Shown here one piece after another: positions 25,693 through 35,506 of a stretch of DNA of 64,000 bases; position 1 is the first letter of the stretch; every line of letters begins with the position of its first letter. Source of the DNA: an uncultured Rhodospirillaceae bacterium (GTDB taxonomy: Bacteria; Pseudomonadota; Alphaproteobacteria; MPNO01; UBA830); NCBI GenBank assembly GCA_963974055.1, contig CAXBCP010000004.1, positions 69,397 through 133,396 on the forward strand. Direction: 5' to 3'. The position numbers and the translations under genes are program-made. The notes under the pieces were generated by a model. It ran no database searches. It worked only from the letters and a program-made list of their open reading frames with translations, and was not told the DNA's origin.

Positions 25693-26465
25693 CGCCGGCG
25701 CCCGACGCGCCGCTGCTGCCCGCTTCCGGGGAAATACATCTCTGGTCTTTGCCTGCCGACCCCGCGTGGCGCGATGAATTCCGAGCCGCGGGACGCCGCC
25801 TGCTTTCGTTAGCTGAAACGGATCGCCTGGCCGGGATGAAACGACCGGGACCGGCGGCGCGGTTTCTCACCGGGCGGATTCTGCTGCGGACGGTTCTGGC
25901 CCGTTACCTGTCTCAGGATCCTGCTGCGATCGGGGTGGCGCTCAACGCTGCCGGGAAGCCGACGCTTGGCGCCGGAGCCGGTCACCGGCCTGCGTTCAGC
26001 CTGTCCCATGCAGGCGAAGAGACGGTTCTGGCGGTCGCCCGCGACGGGGATATCGGGGTCGATATAGAATCGACGGACAGGGCGGCGGCGGTTGACCGGA
26101 TTTCACGCCGTTTTTTCCCGGAGGCCGAGTGCCGGTATCTCGACCGGTGCGGCAGCGACCGGCCGGAGAAAGCGCTGACGCTCTGGACCCTCAAGGAAGC
26201 GATCATCAAAGCACGGGGAGATACCGTCTGGGAGGGGCTTGCCGGGGTTTCTCTGACGATCGATGGGCCGCGACTGGCCTGGAACAATCCCCCGCCGGGT
26301 GGCGACGGGTGGAAACTGGCGGCCGGGCCTTTGGGGATCAGGCACATTCTCGCCGTTGCGCACCGACGGCCGGCAGGCCGCGGACATCCTCCCGTTTTCC
26401 GGCATTACGACGCCGCCGGAACGCCCCGGGCCGAATCCTGTTTTATGCCCGTCTATTCGACGTAA
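25683..26465 (+). CDS. 4'-phosphopantetheinyl transferase (Sfp/EntD type)
   Basis: GVDIES motif and WTLKEAIIKARG motif. Confidence 0.75.
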   Translation: MDVTPAPDAPLLPASGEIHLWSLPADPAWRDEFRAAGRRLLSLAETDRLAGMKRPGPAARFLTGRILLRTVLARYLSQDPAAIGVALNAAGKPTLGAGAGHRPAFSLSHAGEETVLAVARDGDIGVDIESTDRAAAVDRISRRFFPEAECRYLDRCGSDRPEKALTLWTLKEAIIKARGDTVWEGLAGVSLTIDGPRLAWNNPPPGGDGWKLAAGPLGIRHILAVAHRRPAGRGHPPVFRHYDAAGTPRAESCFMPVYST

Positions 26466-26470
26466 TGGGA

Positions 26471-26854
26471 TTAAAACCCGGCAAGTCTGGTGTCGATCGC
26501 CGCGCGCAGTTTACGCACCCATGTGTTGTATCGTTTGTGAATATTGCCGTCCTCGTAGGACAGCTTTCTGCTGTCCTTGTATCGGATTGAGTATCGCTGC
26601 GGCGAATAGTCGATCGTTACCACGGCTTCAAGCGTACGATGGATTAAGCGCGCCTCAATGGTGTCCGGATCGATTTCCCTGATTGTCCAGGTTTTGCTTA
26701 TTGCGCCCTGGATGACGGCCTGGCGGACCTGTGCGTGTGTCGGGGGCTTGCCGGATGCCGTGAAGACCTGGGCGTTCTCAACCGTATAGATCGGCGCCGT
26801 CATGCAGCCTGCGAGCAAAAAGACGAGAATAGAGAGGGCTACGAAACGAACCAC
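26471..26854 (-). CDS. Lipoprotein of unknown function
   Basis: Signal peptide with lipobox LLAGC; convergent with PPTase gene. Confidence 0.45.
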   Translation of the reverse strand: MVRFVALSILVFLLAGCMTAPIYTVENAQVFTASGKPPTHAQVRQAVIQGAISKTWTIREIDPDTIEARLIHRTLEAVVTIDYSPQRYSIRYKDSRKLSYEDGNIHKRYNTWVRKLRAAIDTRLAGF

Positions 26855-26930
26855 CTGACAACATCCTTTGGGTATAAACGGATCGTCAACTTCTCAACCA
26901 AGGCAGACCCTGTCAAACGTGCGGTCGGGT

Positions 26931-27422
26931 TCAGTTCAACGGTATCGAATAGGTCAGACTTAGCGCTTCCGCGCCCGGGTTCTGGTCATCTCCGAGGCCG
27001 GCATTCGAGATGTGATAAAACATAAGCCCGATGCGTGAACGGTCGTCGAAACGGTAGGCGACTTCCAGGGCCGAGCGGATTTCGAACACGTGACCCAGAT
27101 CCTTGCCACCGCCGCGCAGATACGGACCTGCGCCAACGCTGGGCGACAGGACGATGCGCTTCCCGAAATAGAAATCCGACAACACCCCGGCATAGGGAAA
27201 GACTGCGCCATCGGTTGTCGCCGTGACGCCGGCAAAGGGCTTGAACAGCCACCAACGGTACCGGCTGCGATATTCCATCCTGAACTCAGCGGAATCCGCG
27301 TCATGCAGGAGATCGTAATAGCCCGCGCCGATGGACAGGAAAGACGGATCGTCGGCACGGCTCGGTCCCGCCGAAACGGTTACGGCGAAAACCAGTGCGA
27401 GGACCGGGAAAAAGCAGCGCAT
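26931..27422 (-). CDS. PagL-like outer-membrane lipid A 3-O-deacylase / acyloxyacyl hydrolase family beta-barrel
   Basis: Signal peptide, 163 aa, conserved His-x-Ser-Asn-x-Gly catalytic motif (FYHISNAGL), C-terminal aromatic-rich barrel strand. Confidence 0.5.
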   Translation of the reverse strand: MRCFFPVLALVFAVTVSAGPSRADDPSFLSIGAGYYDLLHDADSAEFRMEYRSRYRWWLFKPFAGVTATTDGAVFPYAGVLSDFYFGKRIVLSPSVGAGPYLRGGGKDLGHVFEIRSALEVAYRFDDRSRIGLMFYHISNAGLGDDQNPGAEALSLTYSIPLN

Positions 27423-27626
27423 CTAAATACCCATGGTGACGGGGAACGGACATTCATCCGGAATTCGATCCTGATTCATACCGTGGGTAGAACACGCCGT
27501 CCATGTTCTCCATAAAAGGCATCGTCAACGAACCGACCGGTCGCCACCTGAACTATGTCGCGTCTTTGGTTTTCCCCGGCGGCGCAGATGTGACAAAAGA
27601 ACGGAAACGAAAACAGGGAAACGTCT

Positions 27627-28127
27627 ATGTCAGAGAATGAAACCAGAACGGTCAATGTCACCTATGAAGTGCGCGGCAGGTCCGTCGGGAAGATGCGCAA
27701 CGAAATCACCGGGCGGCAGGTTGAGCCGAGCGTGGAGCCGGAATTTCACATGGCCACGGACGAGGCCGGCTTCCACGGCGGCGAAGGAACGGCGCCGTTG
27801 CCGCTCGCCTATTTCTGTACCGGTCTCGTTGCCTGCCTGATGACGCAGATCAGGGCTTTTTCCAAACGGATGCGGATCCATCTTAAAGGTGTCGATGTTC
27901 AGGCGACGATAAAGTGGAAAGCCGTCAGCAAGGGGCGCGACCCCTATGAATCCGCGCCGGTCGGGTTCGAGCTCGATGTCGACATGGATTCCGATGCGTC
28001 GTTCGAAGATCAGACGCGCCTGCTCGAGGCGGCGAAGAAGGGCTGTTTCATCGAAGCCACGCTGGCGAATCCCATCCCGGTTCATCACCGCATCAAGCAG
28101 GACGGGGAATTCATCGCGGTCGATTAA
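27627..28127 (+). CDS. OsmC/Ohr-family peroxiredoxin-like protein
   Basis: 166 aa, two conserved Cys (YFCTGLVACL). Confidence 0.7.
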   Translation: MSENETRTVNVTYEVRGRSVGKMRNEITGRQVEPSVEPEFHMATDEAGFHGGEGTAPLPLAYFCTGLVACLMTQIRAFSKRMRIHLKGVDVQATIKWKAVSKGRDPYESAPVGFELDVDMDSDASFEDQTRLLEAAKKGCFIEATLANPIPVHHRIKQDGEFIAVD

Positions 28128-28265
28128 ATGTGCCGCTATCCGTTTCCCGGCACCCGGTCTGCGCTTATGCCGAGTGACGGGCGCGGGCCGATGCTCTAAA
28201 AGTAGAGGCAGATTTGAACAGGTGCCGTTTCGCCCGAATCCAGACTCGGCACGCACAGGGGATTC

Positions 28266-29510
28266 ATGCCGCAACCACTTTGTCTCGAATGCATAAGGTG
28301 CGGTCACGAATACCCGCTTACCGCGCTGGACCGGAACTGCGGGGCCTGCGCGGCGGACGAAATCGCCAGCAACCTGACCCCCCGTTATCCCGAATCCGGT
28401 CCGCCTGACAGGGACAGTCTGCCGGACAAACACGGCTCTCTCTGGCGTTATGCCGATTTTCTGCCGTTGGATGCGGCCGATGCCGTCACCCTGGGCGAGG
28501 GTATGACACCCATGGTGACGGTGGAGGGCTTCGGTCACGGCGCTATCGGCGTAAAGGACGAATCGCGTAATCCGACCTGGTCCTTCAAGGACCGGTTGGC
28601 GACGGTGGCCGTATCCTGGGCGCGCAAGATCGGAGCGCCGGCCATCGCGACAAGTTCGACCGGCAATGCAGGTGCTGCCGCCGCGGCCTATGCCGCCCGG
28701 GCGGGGCTGCCCTGCGTGGTGCTGACCTACAAGGGCGCGGCCGGCGCCATCGTTTCCCAGATGCGGTCCTACGGGGCAATGGTGCTGACCGTGCCTGCCA
28801 TGGCGGACCGCTGGCATGTCCTGTCGGCGGCGATAAGGGAATTCGGCTGGTTTCCGACATCGCCGTATTTCGGCCCGGCAATCGGCAGCAATCCCTTCGG
28901 TATCGAAGGCTACAAAACCCTCGCCTATGAGATTGCCGAACAATACGACTGGGCGCCGCCGGACTGGTGCGTGCTGCCGGTATGCTATGGCGATGCACTG
29001 TACGGCATGTGGAAAGGCTTCGAGGAGATGCGGCAATGGGGCTGGATCGAAACCGTCCCAAGGCTTGTCGCTGCCGAAACCTCCGGTTCCCTGACCGCCG
29101 CTGGCGAACAGAATGTCGACATGCCGCCCACGGTTCCGCGCAACAGCAAAAGCATCGCGAATTCGATCTTTATCGACCGTGGCACCTATCAGGCCCGGCA
29201 CGCGCTGAAAGAATCGAATGGCACAGCGGTCACGCTCGACGACGAAACGCTGATATCGGCGCGGGACCGGCTTGCTGCGACGTCCGGCCTGTCGGTCGAA
29301 TTGTCTTCGGCGGCGGCCTTCGCCGCTGTCGATGCGCTTAGCGGCGCAGGCGTCATGAAGCCCGGCGAAAGTGTCGTCGCCATCGCGACGGCGTCGGGTC
29401 TGAAGGATTTCGGCGTGCCGGGCATTCCCCAATTGGGGGCGCCAGACGTGGCGCCTGACCTGGATTCTGTGCTGCGCGCCCTCGATGAGAATTACGGTTA
29501 CCATGTTTGA
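28266..29510 (+). CDS. PLP-dependent enzyme of threonine-synthase family with N-terminal Cys-rich zinc-ribbon
   Basis: Lys motif SFKDRLA (PLP lysine), N-terminal CLECIRCGHEY...CGAC. Confidence 0.7.
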   Translation: MPQPLCLECIRCGHEYPLTALDRNCGACAADEIASNLTPRYPESGPPDRDSLPDKHGSLWRYADFLPLDAADAVTLGEGMTPMVTVEGFGHGAIGVKDESRNPTWSFKDRLATVAVSWARKIGAPAIATSSTGNAGAAAAAYAARAGLPCVVLTYKGAAGAIVSQMRSYGAMVLTVPAMADRWHVLSAAIREFGWFPTSPYFGPAIGSNPFGIEGYKTLAYEIAEQYDWAPPDWCVLPVCYGDALYGMWKGFEEMRQWGWIETVPRLVAAETSGSLTAAGEQNVDMPPTVPRNSKSIANSIFIDRGTYQARHALKESNGTAVTLDDETLISARDRLAATSGLSVELSSAAAFAAVDALSGAGVMKPGESVVAIATASGLKDFGVPGIPQLGAPDVAPDLDSVLRALDENYGYHV

Positions 29511-30477
29511 TCTTGGCCTGGCGATCGACGGGTTTACCCCTGCGGGCGATATCGTCGAACAGGCACGTGCCGCGGAAGCGGGTGGCGCCGATACGATCTG
29601 GATCGCGACCCATCTTTTTCTGCGCGACCCCGTCGCTCTGGCGGCAACGGCACTGGCGGCGACACGGACGCTCAGGGTCGCGCTGATGGCGGTCAGCCCC
29701 TATGCGATGCATCCGATCCACGCGGCAATGGGCGCCGCGACCCTGGACGAGCTGTATCCGGGGCGCGTTGTCCTGTGCCTCGGCGCCGGCGCGCCGGGCG
29801 ATATGGTCGCCGCCGGAATCGACCGCCCGCGCCCACTCGCGACGCTGCGCGAGGCGATCGAAATCTGCCGTGCGCTGTTTTCCGGCGACATCATGGATCA
29901 CGCGGGCGAAATCTTTCAGGTCAGCCAGCGACGGCTCGTCAATGCGCCCCGGGAAATTCCCATCGTGCTGGCGGCTTCCGGCCCGAAAATGCTCGAACTG
30001 GCGGGCAGCCAGGCCGACGGCGTGATCGTATCGGCGGCGACATCGGCGCCCTTTGTGCGCTGGTGTCTCGACCTCGTGGAAAAGGGCGCACAGGACCGCA
30101 AGGTCCTGAATTGCGGCATTGTCTATACGCGCATCGACGATAACGACCCGGCGGCGGCCATCGATCCCGTGCGTCGCACGCTCGGTTTTATCCTGCGCGG
30201 ACAGCATCATGCGGCGAATGTCGGGATGGGGGGCGCGGTGCTCGACCAGGAAGCGCTGCGCAACGCCTATGCGGGGGAAGACTGGGAGGCGGTCGACCGG
30301 CTGGTCACCGACGATGTTGCAGCCGCCCACGCGGCGTGCGGTGCGGCGGATCAGGTCCGTGCGCGGCTCGGTGAATACCATGCTGCGGGGCTGGACCATG
30401 TCATTGTCAGCGGACTGACCGAGCCGCATGAAATCGAAGCGACCCTGAAGTCGGTTAAACCTACCGGTCGGATCTGA
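29503..30477 (+). CDS. Luciferase-like (LLM) flavin-dependent oxidoreductase
   Basis: TIM-barrel LLM signatures; start could also be ATG 29485. Confidence 0.7.
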   Translation: MFDLGLAIDGFTPAGDIVEQARAAEAGGADTIWIATHLFLRDPVALAATALAATRTLRVALMAVSPYAMHPIHAAMGAATLDELYPGRVVLCLGAGAPGDMVAAGIDRPRPLATLREAIEICRALFSGDIMDHAGEIFQVSQRRLVNAPREIPIVLAASGPKMLELAGSQADGVIVSAATSAPFVRWCLDLVEKGAQDRKVLNCGIVYTRIDDNDPAAAIDPVRRTLGFILRGQHHAANVGMGGAVLDQEALRNAYAGEDWEAVDRLVTDDVAAAHAACGAADQVRARLGEYHAAGLDHVIVSGLTEPHEIEATLKSVKPTGRI

Positions 30478-30502
30478 CGCAGCGCCCGACGCCCGATATT
30501 AT

Positions 30503-31510
30503 CTAACGCAGCCGGGGAACGACTTCCTCCGCGAATATCTGCATCTGGTCGAGCAGCTCCGATAGATCGTTGGCGGCGAAATACAGCCCGAGGAGGTGGG
30601 TAACGCCGGCTTCGCCCAGCAGGTTGGCGCGTTCCACCACGTCATCGACGGTGCCGATCAGGTTGATGTCCTCGTGGCCCAGGTCTCCCTGTCCTTTCAG
30701 GGTCGACTGACGCAATGATGTCAGGTGCGCGCACATCTGCGTCTGTTCGAACCGCGCCAGCGCCGCTTCGCGGGTCTTGCCGATATGGACGATATATTGC
30801 GGCGCGACCTCGATCTTGCTGAAATCGCGGTCCTCGGCCTCCGCCAGTTCGCGCAGCGTGGCCACGTTCTGGCGCATCTGGTCGACATGGATGGCGGCGG
30901 GAAGCCAGCCGTCTCCCCATTTCGCGACGCGCTGCAGGTTGTTGGCGTTATTGCCGCCGATATAGAACGGGACATGGTTCTGTTTCGGCTTGGGATAAAG
31001 CTCGACATCGCGATAGGCGAAATATTCGCCGTCGAAACTGGCGACCCTTTCCGACAAAAGCGCCTGGAGCGCGGGAATTCCTTCGTCGAGAATTTTGCCC
31101 CGCGGCGTCTTGGTGCCCGGCTGGAGGGCGAGAAATTCCTCGCGATAGGCACCGATCCCGACGCCGATTTCCAGGCGTCCGCCCGAGAAATGATCGAGCG
31201 TGACCAGCTGCTTGGCGGTGACGACGATGTCGTGGCGCATCGGCAGGACGAGTATCCCCGTCCCGAAGCGGAGCGTCGTCGTTTCCGCAGAGACGAACGC
31301 ATAGGTGACGAGCGGTTCCCAGAAACGCGGCGGGGTGTCGAACTCGGCGCGGACATAGTTCTGCGTGGTCATGTGGTCGTTGCCCCAGACCGAGTGATAG
31401 CCGAGTCGCTCGGCGTGTTTCGCGATCTGAATCAACGCTTCCGGATCGGAAAACGGGATCGGATAGGTTAGCCCTTCCATCCCTGTCGGCAGGCCTGCAC
31501 TCACACGCAT
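30503..31510 (-). CDS. Luciferase-like (LLM) flavin-dependent oxidoreductase
   Basis: Start at internal Met (MRVSAGL...) with GGGAG RBS; LLM signatures (RFGTGILVLP, GGRLEIGVG). Confidence 0.7.
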   Translation of the reverse strand: MRVSAGLPTGMEGLTYPIPFSDPEALIQIAKHAERLGYHSVWGNDHMTTQNYVRAEFDTPPRFWEPLVTYAFVSAETTTLRFGTGILVLPMRHDIVVTAKQLVTLDHFSGGRLEIGVGIGAYREEFLALQPGTKTPRGKILDEGIPALQALLSERVASFDGEYFAYRDVELYPKPKQNHVPFYIGGNNANNLQRVAKWGDGWLPAAIHVDQMRQNVATLRELAEAEDRDFSKIEVAPQYIVHIGKTREAALARFEQTQMCAHLTSLRQSTLKGQGDLGHEDINLIGTVDDVVERANLLGEAGVTHLLGLYFAANDLSELLDQMQIFAEEVVPRLR

Positions 31511-31529
31511 GAAATATCTCCCTTTGAAT

Positions 31530-33278
31530 TCACTTGTCTGACCGGAGCGCGTCGGTCGCGGCCTCATCGACGTCGCCGTCTGCGTTCAGGACCACGCCGT
31601 AAATCGCCCGCCCCGCTGCCGCGGAAACCAGTCCTGCGCGCAGGTCCGCGGCAACGCTGGCCGGATCGCGCTGCGTTGCGGCGCCAAGGCCGCCGCCGCC
31701 CGGCATTTCGATCACCACCCGTTCGCCGCTCGGAATCGTCTGTGTCCCCTTGCCGTTGAGACGGGCGCCGGATGCCAGCCGGATCGTGCCGCCGGCACCG
31801 TCGGATCCGCTGTCGCGGCCGCGCGGCGGATAATCGATACGGTCGAACAGCGCGCTGAACGCGAACGGCGCGTCTTCCAGCAGGCTCAGCTCCATGACCT
31901 GGCCGAGCCCGCCGCGATAGGTTCCCGCGCCGCCGGAATCCTGGCGGTATTCCTTGCGCCAGACGACCAGCGGCGAAATCGCTTCGGTCACTTCCACCGG
32001 CACGTTCTTGACGCCGCTTGGAAACGCGGTGGCGGACAGGCCGTCCATGCCGGGGCGTGCCCCGGTCCCGCCGGAATGAAAACTCAGAACCGTGAACGTT
32101 GCCGCGTCGGCCAGCTCGCGGGGGGATGCCTCGACGCGGCCCGGTCCGCCATAGGCATAAAGATTCCACAGGCACGACGTTCCCTCGGCAGGGACCGCAT
32201 TGCCAAGCGCCTTGTGAAGGCAGCCGAAGACGACGTCCGGCAGCATCTGCCCCGTAACGTGGCGGACCGAGACCGGCGCCGGGTGTTCGGCATTGAGGAT
32301 CGATCCCTTCGGGGCGGTAATCCGGATCGTTGCGAGCGAGCCCGCGTTATTCGGTACATCCGGCGCGACGATGCATTTGACGCCGAACGTCGCGTAGGCC
32401 TCGGTGTAACAGAGCGGCACGTTGATGCCGTAGGACGATATCCCGGACGAACCGGTGAAATCGACGTCTATACCGTCTGCGCCGATGGTCATTTCTGCCA
32501 CCAGGTCGACCGGCGATTCGAGACCGTCGATACGCATTTCGTGGCGGTAAACCCCTTCGGGAAGTTTCCGGATCGCGTCGAGCGCGGCTGCTTTCGAGCG
32601 GTCCAGGATATGGCCGGCAATCCGGTCGAGGTCGGCAATCGCGAATTCGTCCATCATTTCGCGCAGGCGGCGGCAGGCGAGATCGTTGCAGGTTGCGAGC
32701 GAATGCAGGTCGCCGATTACCTGAACCGGTTCGCGCACGTTGGCGGTGACGATATCGATCAATGTCTGGTCCGTCCGGCCGGCATGGGCAAACCGCATCG
32801 GCGGAATGTAGAGCCCTTCTTCGTAGATGGTCCGGCCGTCCGACGTCATGCCGCGGCCGCCGATATCGACCACATGACAGGTGCTGGCGAACAGCGCCAC
32901 GGCCCTGCCGTCGCGGAAACAGGGCGTCAGAAAGGTGAAATCGTGCAGATGGCCGGTGCCCTTCCATGGATCGTTGGTCAGGAAAATGTCGCCATCCGAC
33001 ATTTCGTCAACCGGGAAACGGTCTAGGAAATGCCCCACCGAGCGGGCCATGGAATTCACGTGCCCGGGGGTGCCGGTGACCGCCTGGGCCAGCATGTCTC
33101 CCGAAATATCGAATATACCGGCGGACAGGTCGCCGGCTTCGCGGGTCGATGTCGAAAACCCCGTCCGTATCAGGGTCAGCGCCTGCTCTTCGACAAGGGC
33201 GATCAGGCGGTCCCACATGATCTGCAGGCGGATCGCCGAAAGGGCGTCGTTGCTGGGTCCGGTCATCACGCTTCCCAT
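31530..33278 (-). CDS. Hydantoinase B / oxoprolinase B-family subunit (HyuB-type)
   Basis: 582 aa, Hydantoinase_B family conserved blocks. Confidence 0.85.
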   Translation of the reverse strand: MGSVMTGPSNDALSAIRLQIMWDRLIALVEEQALTLIRTGFSTSTREAGDLSAGIFDISGDMLAQAVTGTPGHVNSMARSVGHFLDRFPVDEMSDGDIFLTNDPWKGTGHLHDFTFLTPCFRDGRAVALFASTCHVVDIGGRGMTSDGRTIYEEGLYIPPMRFAHAGRTDQTLIDIVTANVREPVQVIGDLHSLATCNDLACRRLREMMDEFAIADLDRIAGHILDRSKAAALDAIRKLPEGVYRHEMRIDGLESPVDLVAEMTIGADGIDVDFTGSSGISSYGINVPLCYTEAYATFGVKCIVAPDVPNNAGSLATIRITAPKGSILNAEHPAPVSVRHVTGQMLPDVVFGCLHKALGNAVPAEGTSCLWNLYAYGGPGRVEASPRELADAATFTVLSFHSGGTGARPGMDGLSATAFPSGVKNVPVEVTEAISPLVVWRKEYRQDSGGAGTYRGGLGQVMELSLLEDAPFAFSALFDRIDYPPRGRDSGSDGAGGTIRLASGARLNGKGTQTIPSGERVVIEMPGGGGLGAATQRDPASVAADLRAGLVSAAAGRAIYGVVLNADGDVDEAATDALRSDK

Positions 33279-35341
33279 TTCAGGACAATATAACCGAGCG
33301 CGTTGATCCGCGCCGTAAAGCCGGCGAGCACGATGGTGGTGGTTTCGTCCTCGGCGATGATCGCCGGGCCGCCGATCACGGCGCCGGGCGCCAGTGCGCT
33401 GCGCTGGTAAACCGGGACGCTGCTGAACACTCCGGTATCGGGATCGAACATGTCCCGCATCCCCGATGGGTCCCGGGCGACTGCCGCCGGATCGGGCGGA
33501 CAGGGCGCCGGAGCTTCGATTTCAGCGGAAAGGCGCAGGGTCCAGTTCATTGCTTCCACATCGAGGCCCGGAATACGGCGGGAATAGGTTTCCGCATAGG
33601 CCTGATTGAACGCTTCGCCCAACGTGTCCCGCAGGGACCGGTCATAGGGGCCGGCGGGCAGATCGACGGTGATTTCATGTCCCTGGCCGCGATACCGCAT
33701 ATCGGCGGTTCGCTTTTCGACCAGAACGGCGCCCGGTGCGGCGGCGGCGACGATTTCTTCGGCTTCGGTGCGCATCTCTCTGAAAAGCGCGTTCAGCCCG
33801 TCCGGGTCGAACGAATCGTCGAGCAGCGCATAGCGGCTGCGCACGACCTCATAGGCGACCGGCGCCTGCAGAAAGCCGACCGCGGAGCCGACCCCGGCCG
33901 CCACGGGCAGAATAACCTCTTCGATTTCGAGCTTGCGCGCCAGCCGCGCGGCGTGAAGCGGGGCCGCGCCGCCGAAAGCCACCATCGTCCGTCCGCGGAC
34001 TTCCTTGCCGCGCTCCACCGCGTGCACGCGGGCGGCGTTTGCCATGTTTTCCTCGACCACCTCGACGATGCCGAATGCCGCATCGGTTGTCGAAAGCGAG
34101 AGGGCTGCGCCGACGGACGTATCGATTGCCGTTGCCGATAATCCGGCGTCGAGCGTAATGGTGCCCCCGGCGAAGGCAGCTGGGTCGATCCGGCCGAGCC
34201 GTACATTGGCATCCGTGATCGTCGGCGCTGTACCGCCTTTGCCGTAACATGCCGGGCCGGGGGCCGCCCCGGCGCTTTCGGGGCCGACATGGATTCGTGA
34301 CAGGGCGTCCACCCGGGCGATCGAGCCGCCGCCGGCGCCGATTTCGACCATCTCGATGACCGGTATGCGAAGGGGCAGGCCGCTGCCTTTGAGAAAACGG
34401 TACTGCCGCGCGACCTCGAAACTCCGCGAATGCTGGGGTTCGCCGTCATCGATAAGGCAGATTTTGGCCGTCGTGCCCCCCATATCGAAGGAGAGAACCC
34501 TGTCGAGACCGCATTCCTGTGCCAGCCGGGCCGCCAGGATCGCCCCGCCGGCAGGGCCGGATTCCACGAGGCGGATCGGGAAACGCCGGGCGGTCTCAAG
34601 CGATGTCAGCCCGCCGCCCGACGTCATCAGGTTGAGCGGGCAGGTGAACCCCATCCGGCCGAGTTCATCCGACAGGCGGCCGAGATAATTCGACATCAGG
34701 GGCTGAACATAGGCATTGGCGGCGGTGGTCGACCAGCGTTCGTATTCGCGGATTTCCGGCGAAACCTCGCTCGAGAGCGAGACAAGAACCCCGGGCAGTT
34801 CGCGCGTGAGAATCTCGGCGAGCTGCCGTTCGTGATCCGGCGCGGCATAGGAATGCATCAGCCCGACCGCAACCGATTCAATATCGTTATCGCGAAGTGC
34901 CTGCAGGACGCCGTCGAGCGATTCCTCGACGAACGGGATCAGTACGTTTCCGCGCGCATCGACGCGTTCGGTAACGCCGAACCGGAATTCCCGGGGAACC
35001 AGCGGCAGCGGCTTGTTCAGGAAAATATCGTATTGCTCGAACCGGTTTTCGTACGCCATTTCGATCGCGTCGCGGAAGCCGTCCGTCACCAGCATCGCTG
35101 TCTTCGCGCCCTTGCGTTCGATCAGCGCGTTCGTCGCGAGAGTCGTGCCATGGACGATCAGCGCAAAATCTGCCGGACCCAGGCCGGTTTTTTCCATCGC
35201 CTGGCGGACGCCCCGAAAGACGCCTTCTTCCGGCGCATGCGGGGTTGTCGGAACCTTGCAGGTGTACAGCTCGCCGCGGTACGTGACGGCAATATCGGTA
35301 AACGTACCGCCAATATCTGCGGCAAGACGGGCTTGTGCCAT
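33266..35341 (-). CDS. Hydantoinase A / oxoprolinase A-family ATP-dependent subunit (HyuA-type)
   Basis: 691 aa, N-terminal ADIGGTFTD ATPase motif. Confidence 0.85.
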   Translation of the reverse strand: MAQARLAADIGGTFTDIAVTYRGELYTCKVPTTPHAPEEGVFRGVRQAMEKTGLGPADFALIVHGTTLATNALIERKGAKTAMLVTDGFRDAIEMAYENRFEQYDIFLNKPLPLVPREFRFGVTERVDARGNVLIPFVEESLDGVLQALRDNDIESVAVGLMHSYAAPDHERQLAEILTRELPGVLVSLSSEVSPEIREYERWSTTAANAYVQPLMSNYLGRLSDELGRMGFTCPLNLMTSGGGLTSLETARRFPIRLVESGPAGGAILAARLAQECGLDRVLSFDMGGTTAKICLIDDGEPQHSRSFEVARQYRFLKGSGLPLRIPVIEMVEIGAGGGSIARVDALSRIHVGPESAGAAPGPACYGKGGTAPTITDANVRLGRIDPAAFAGGTITLDAGLSATAIDTSVGAALSLSTTDAAFGIVEVVEENMANAARVHAVERGKEVRGRTMVAFGGAAPLHAARLARKLEIEEVILPVAAGVGSAVGFLQAPVAYEVVRSRYALLDDSFDPDGLNALFREMRTEAEEIVAAAAPGAVLVEKRTADMRYRGQGHEITVDLPAGPYDRSLRDTLGEAFNQAYAETYSRRIPGLDVEAMNWTLRLSAEIEAPAPCPPDPAAVARDPSGMRDMFDPDTGVFSSVPVYQRSALAPGAVIGGPAIIAEDETTTIVLAGFTARINALGYIVLKWEA

Positions 35342-35506
35342 ATGATTCAGGTTTATCCCTTGGGGCCGGGCCGATTGTAGCCTTTCGGCGGTTGCGCGGT
35401 AAGGGCCAACGTACCGGAAACCCCGGTTTCCCGCCTGAATTCCCTCATTTGTCCCTGGAGTTGCGGAGCGACGGGCGCCGCGCCGTTCGGGGTCGATAAA
35501 ATGATT

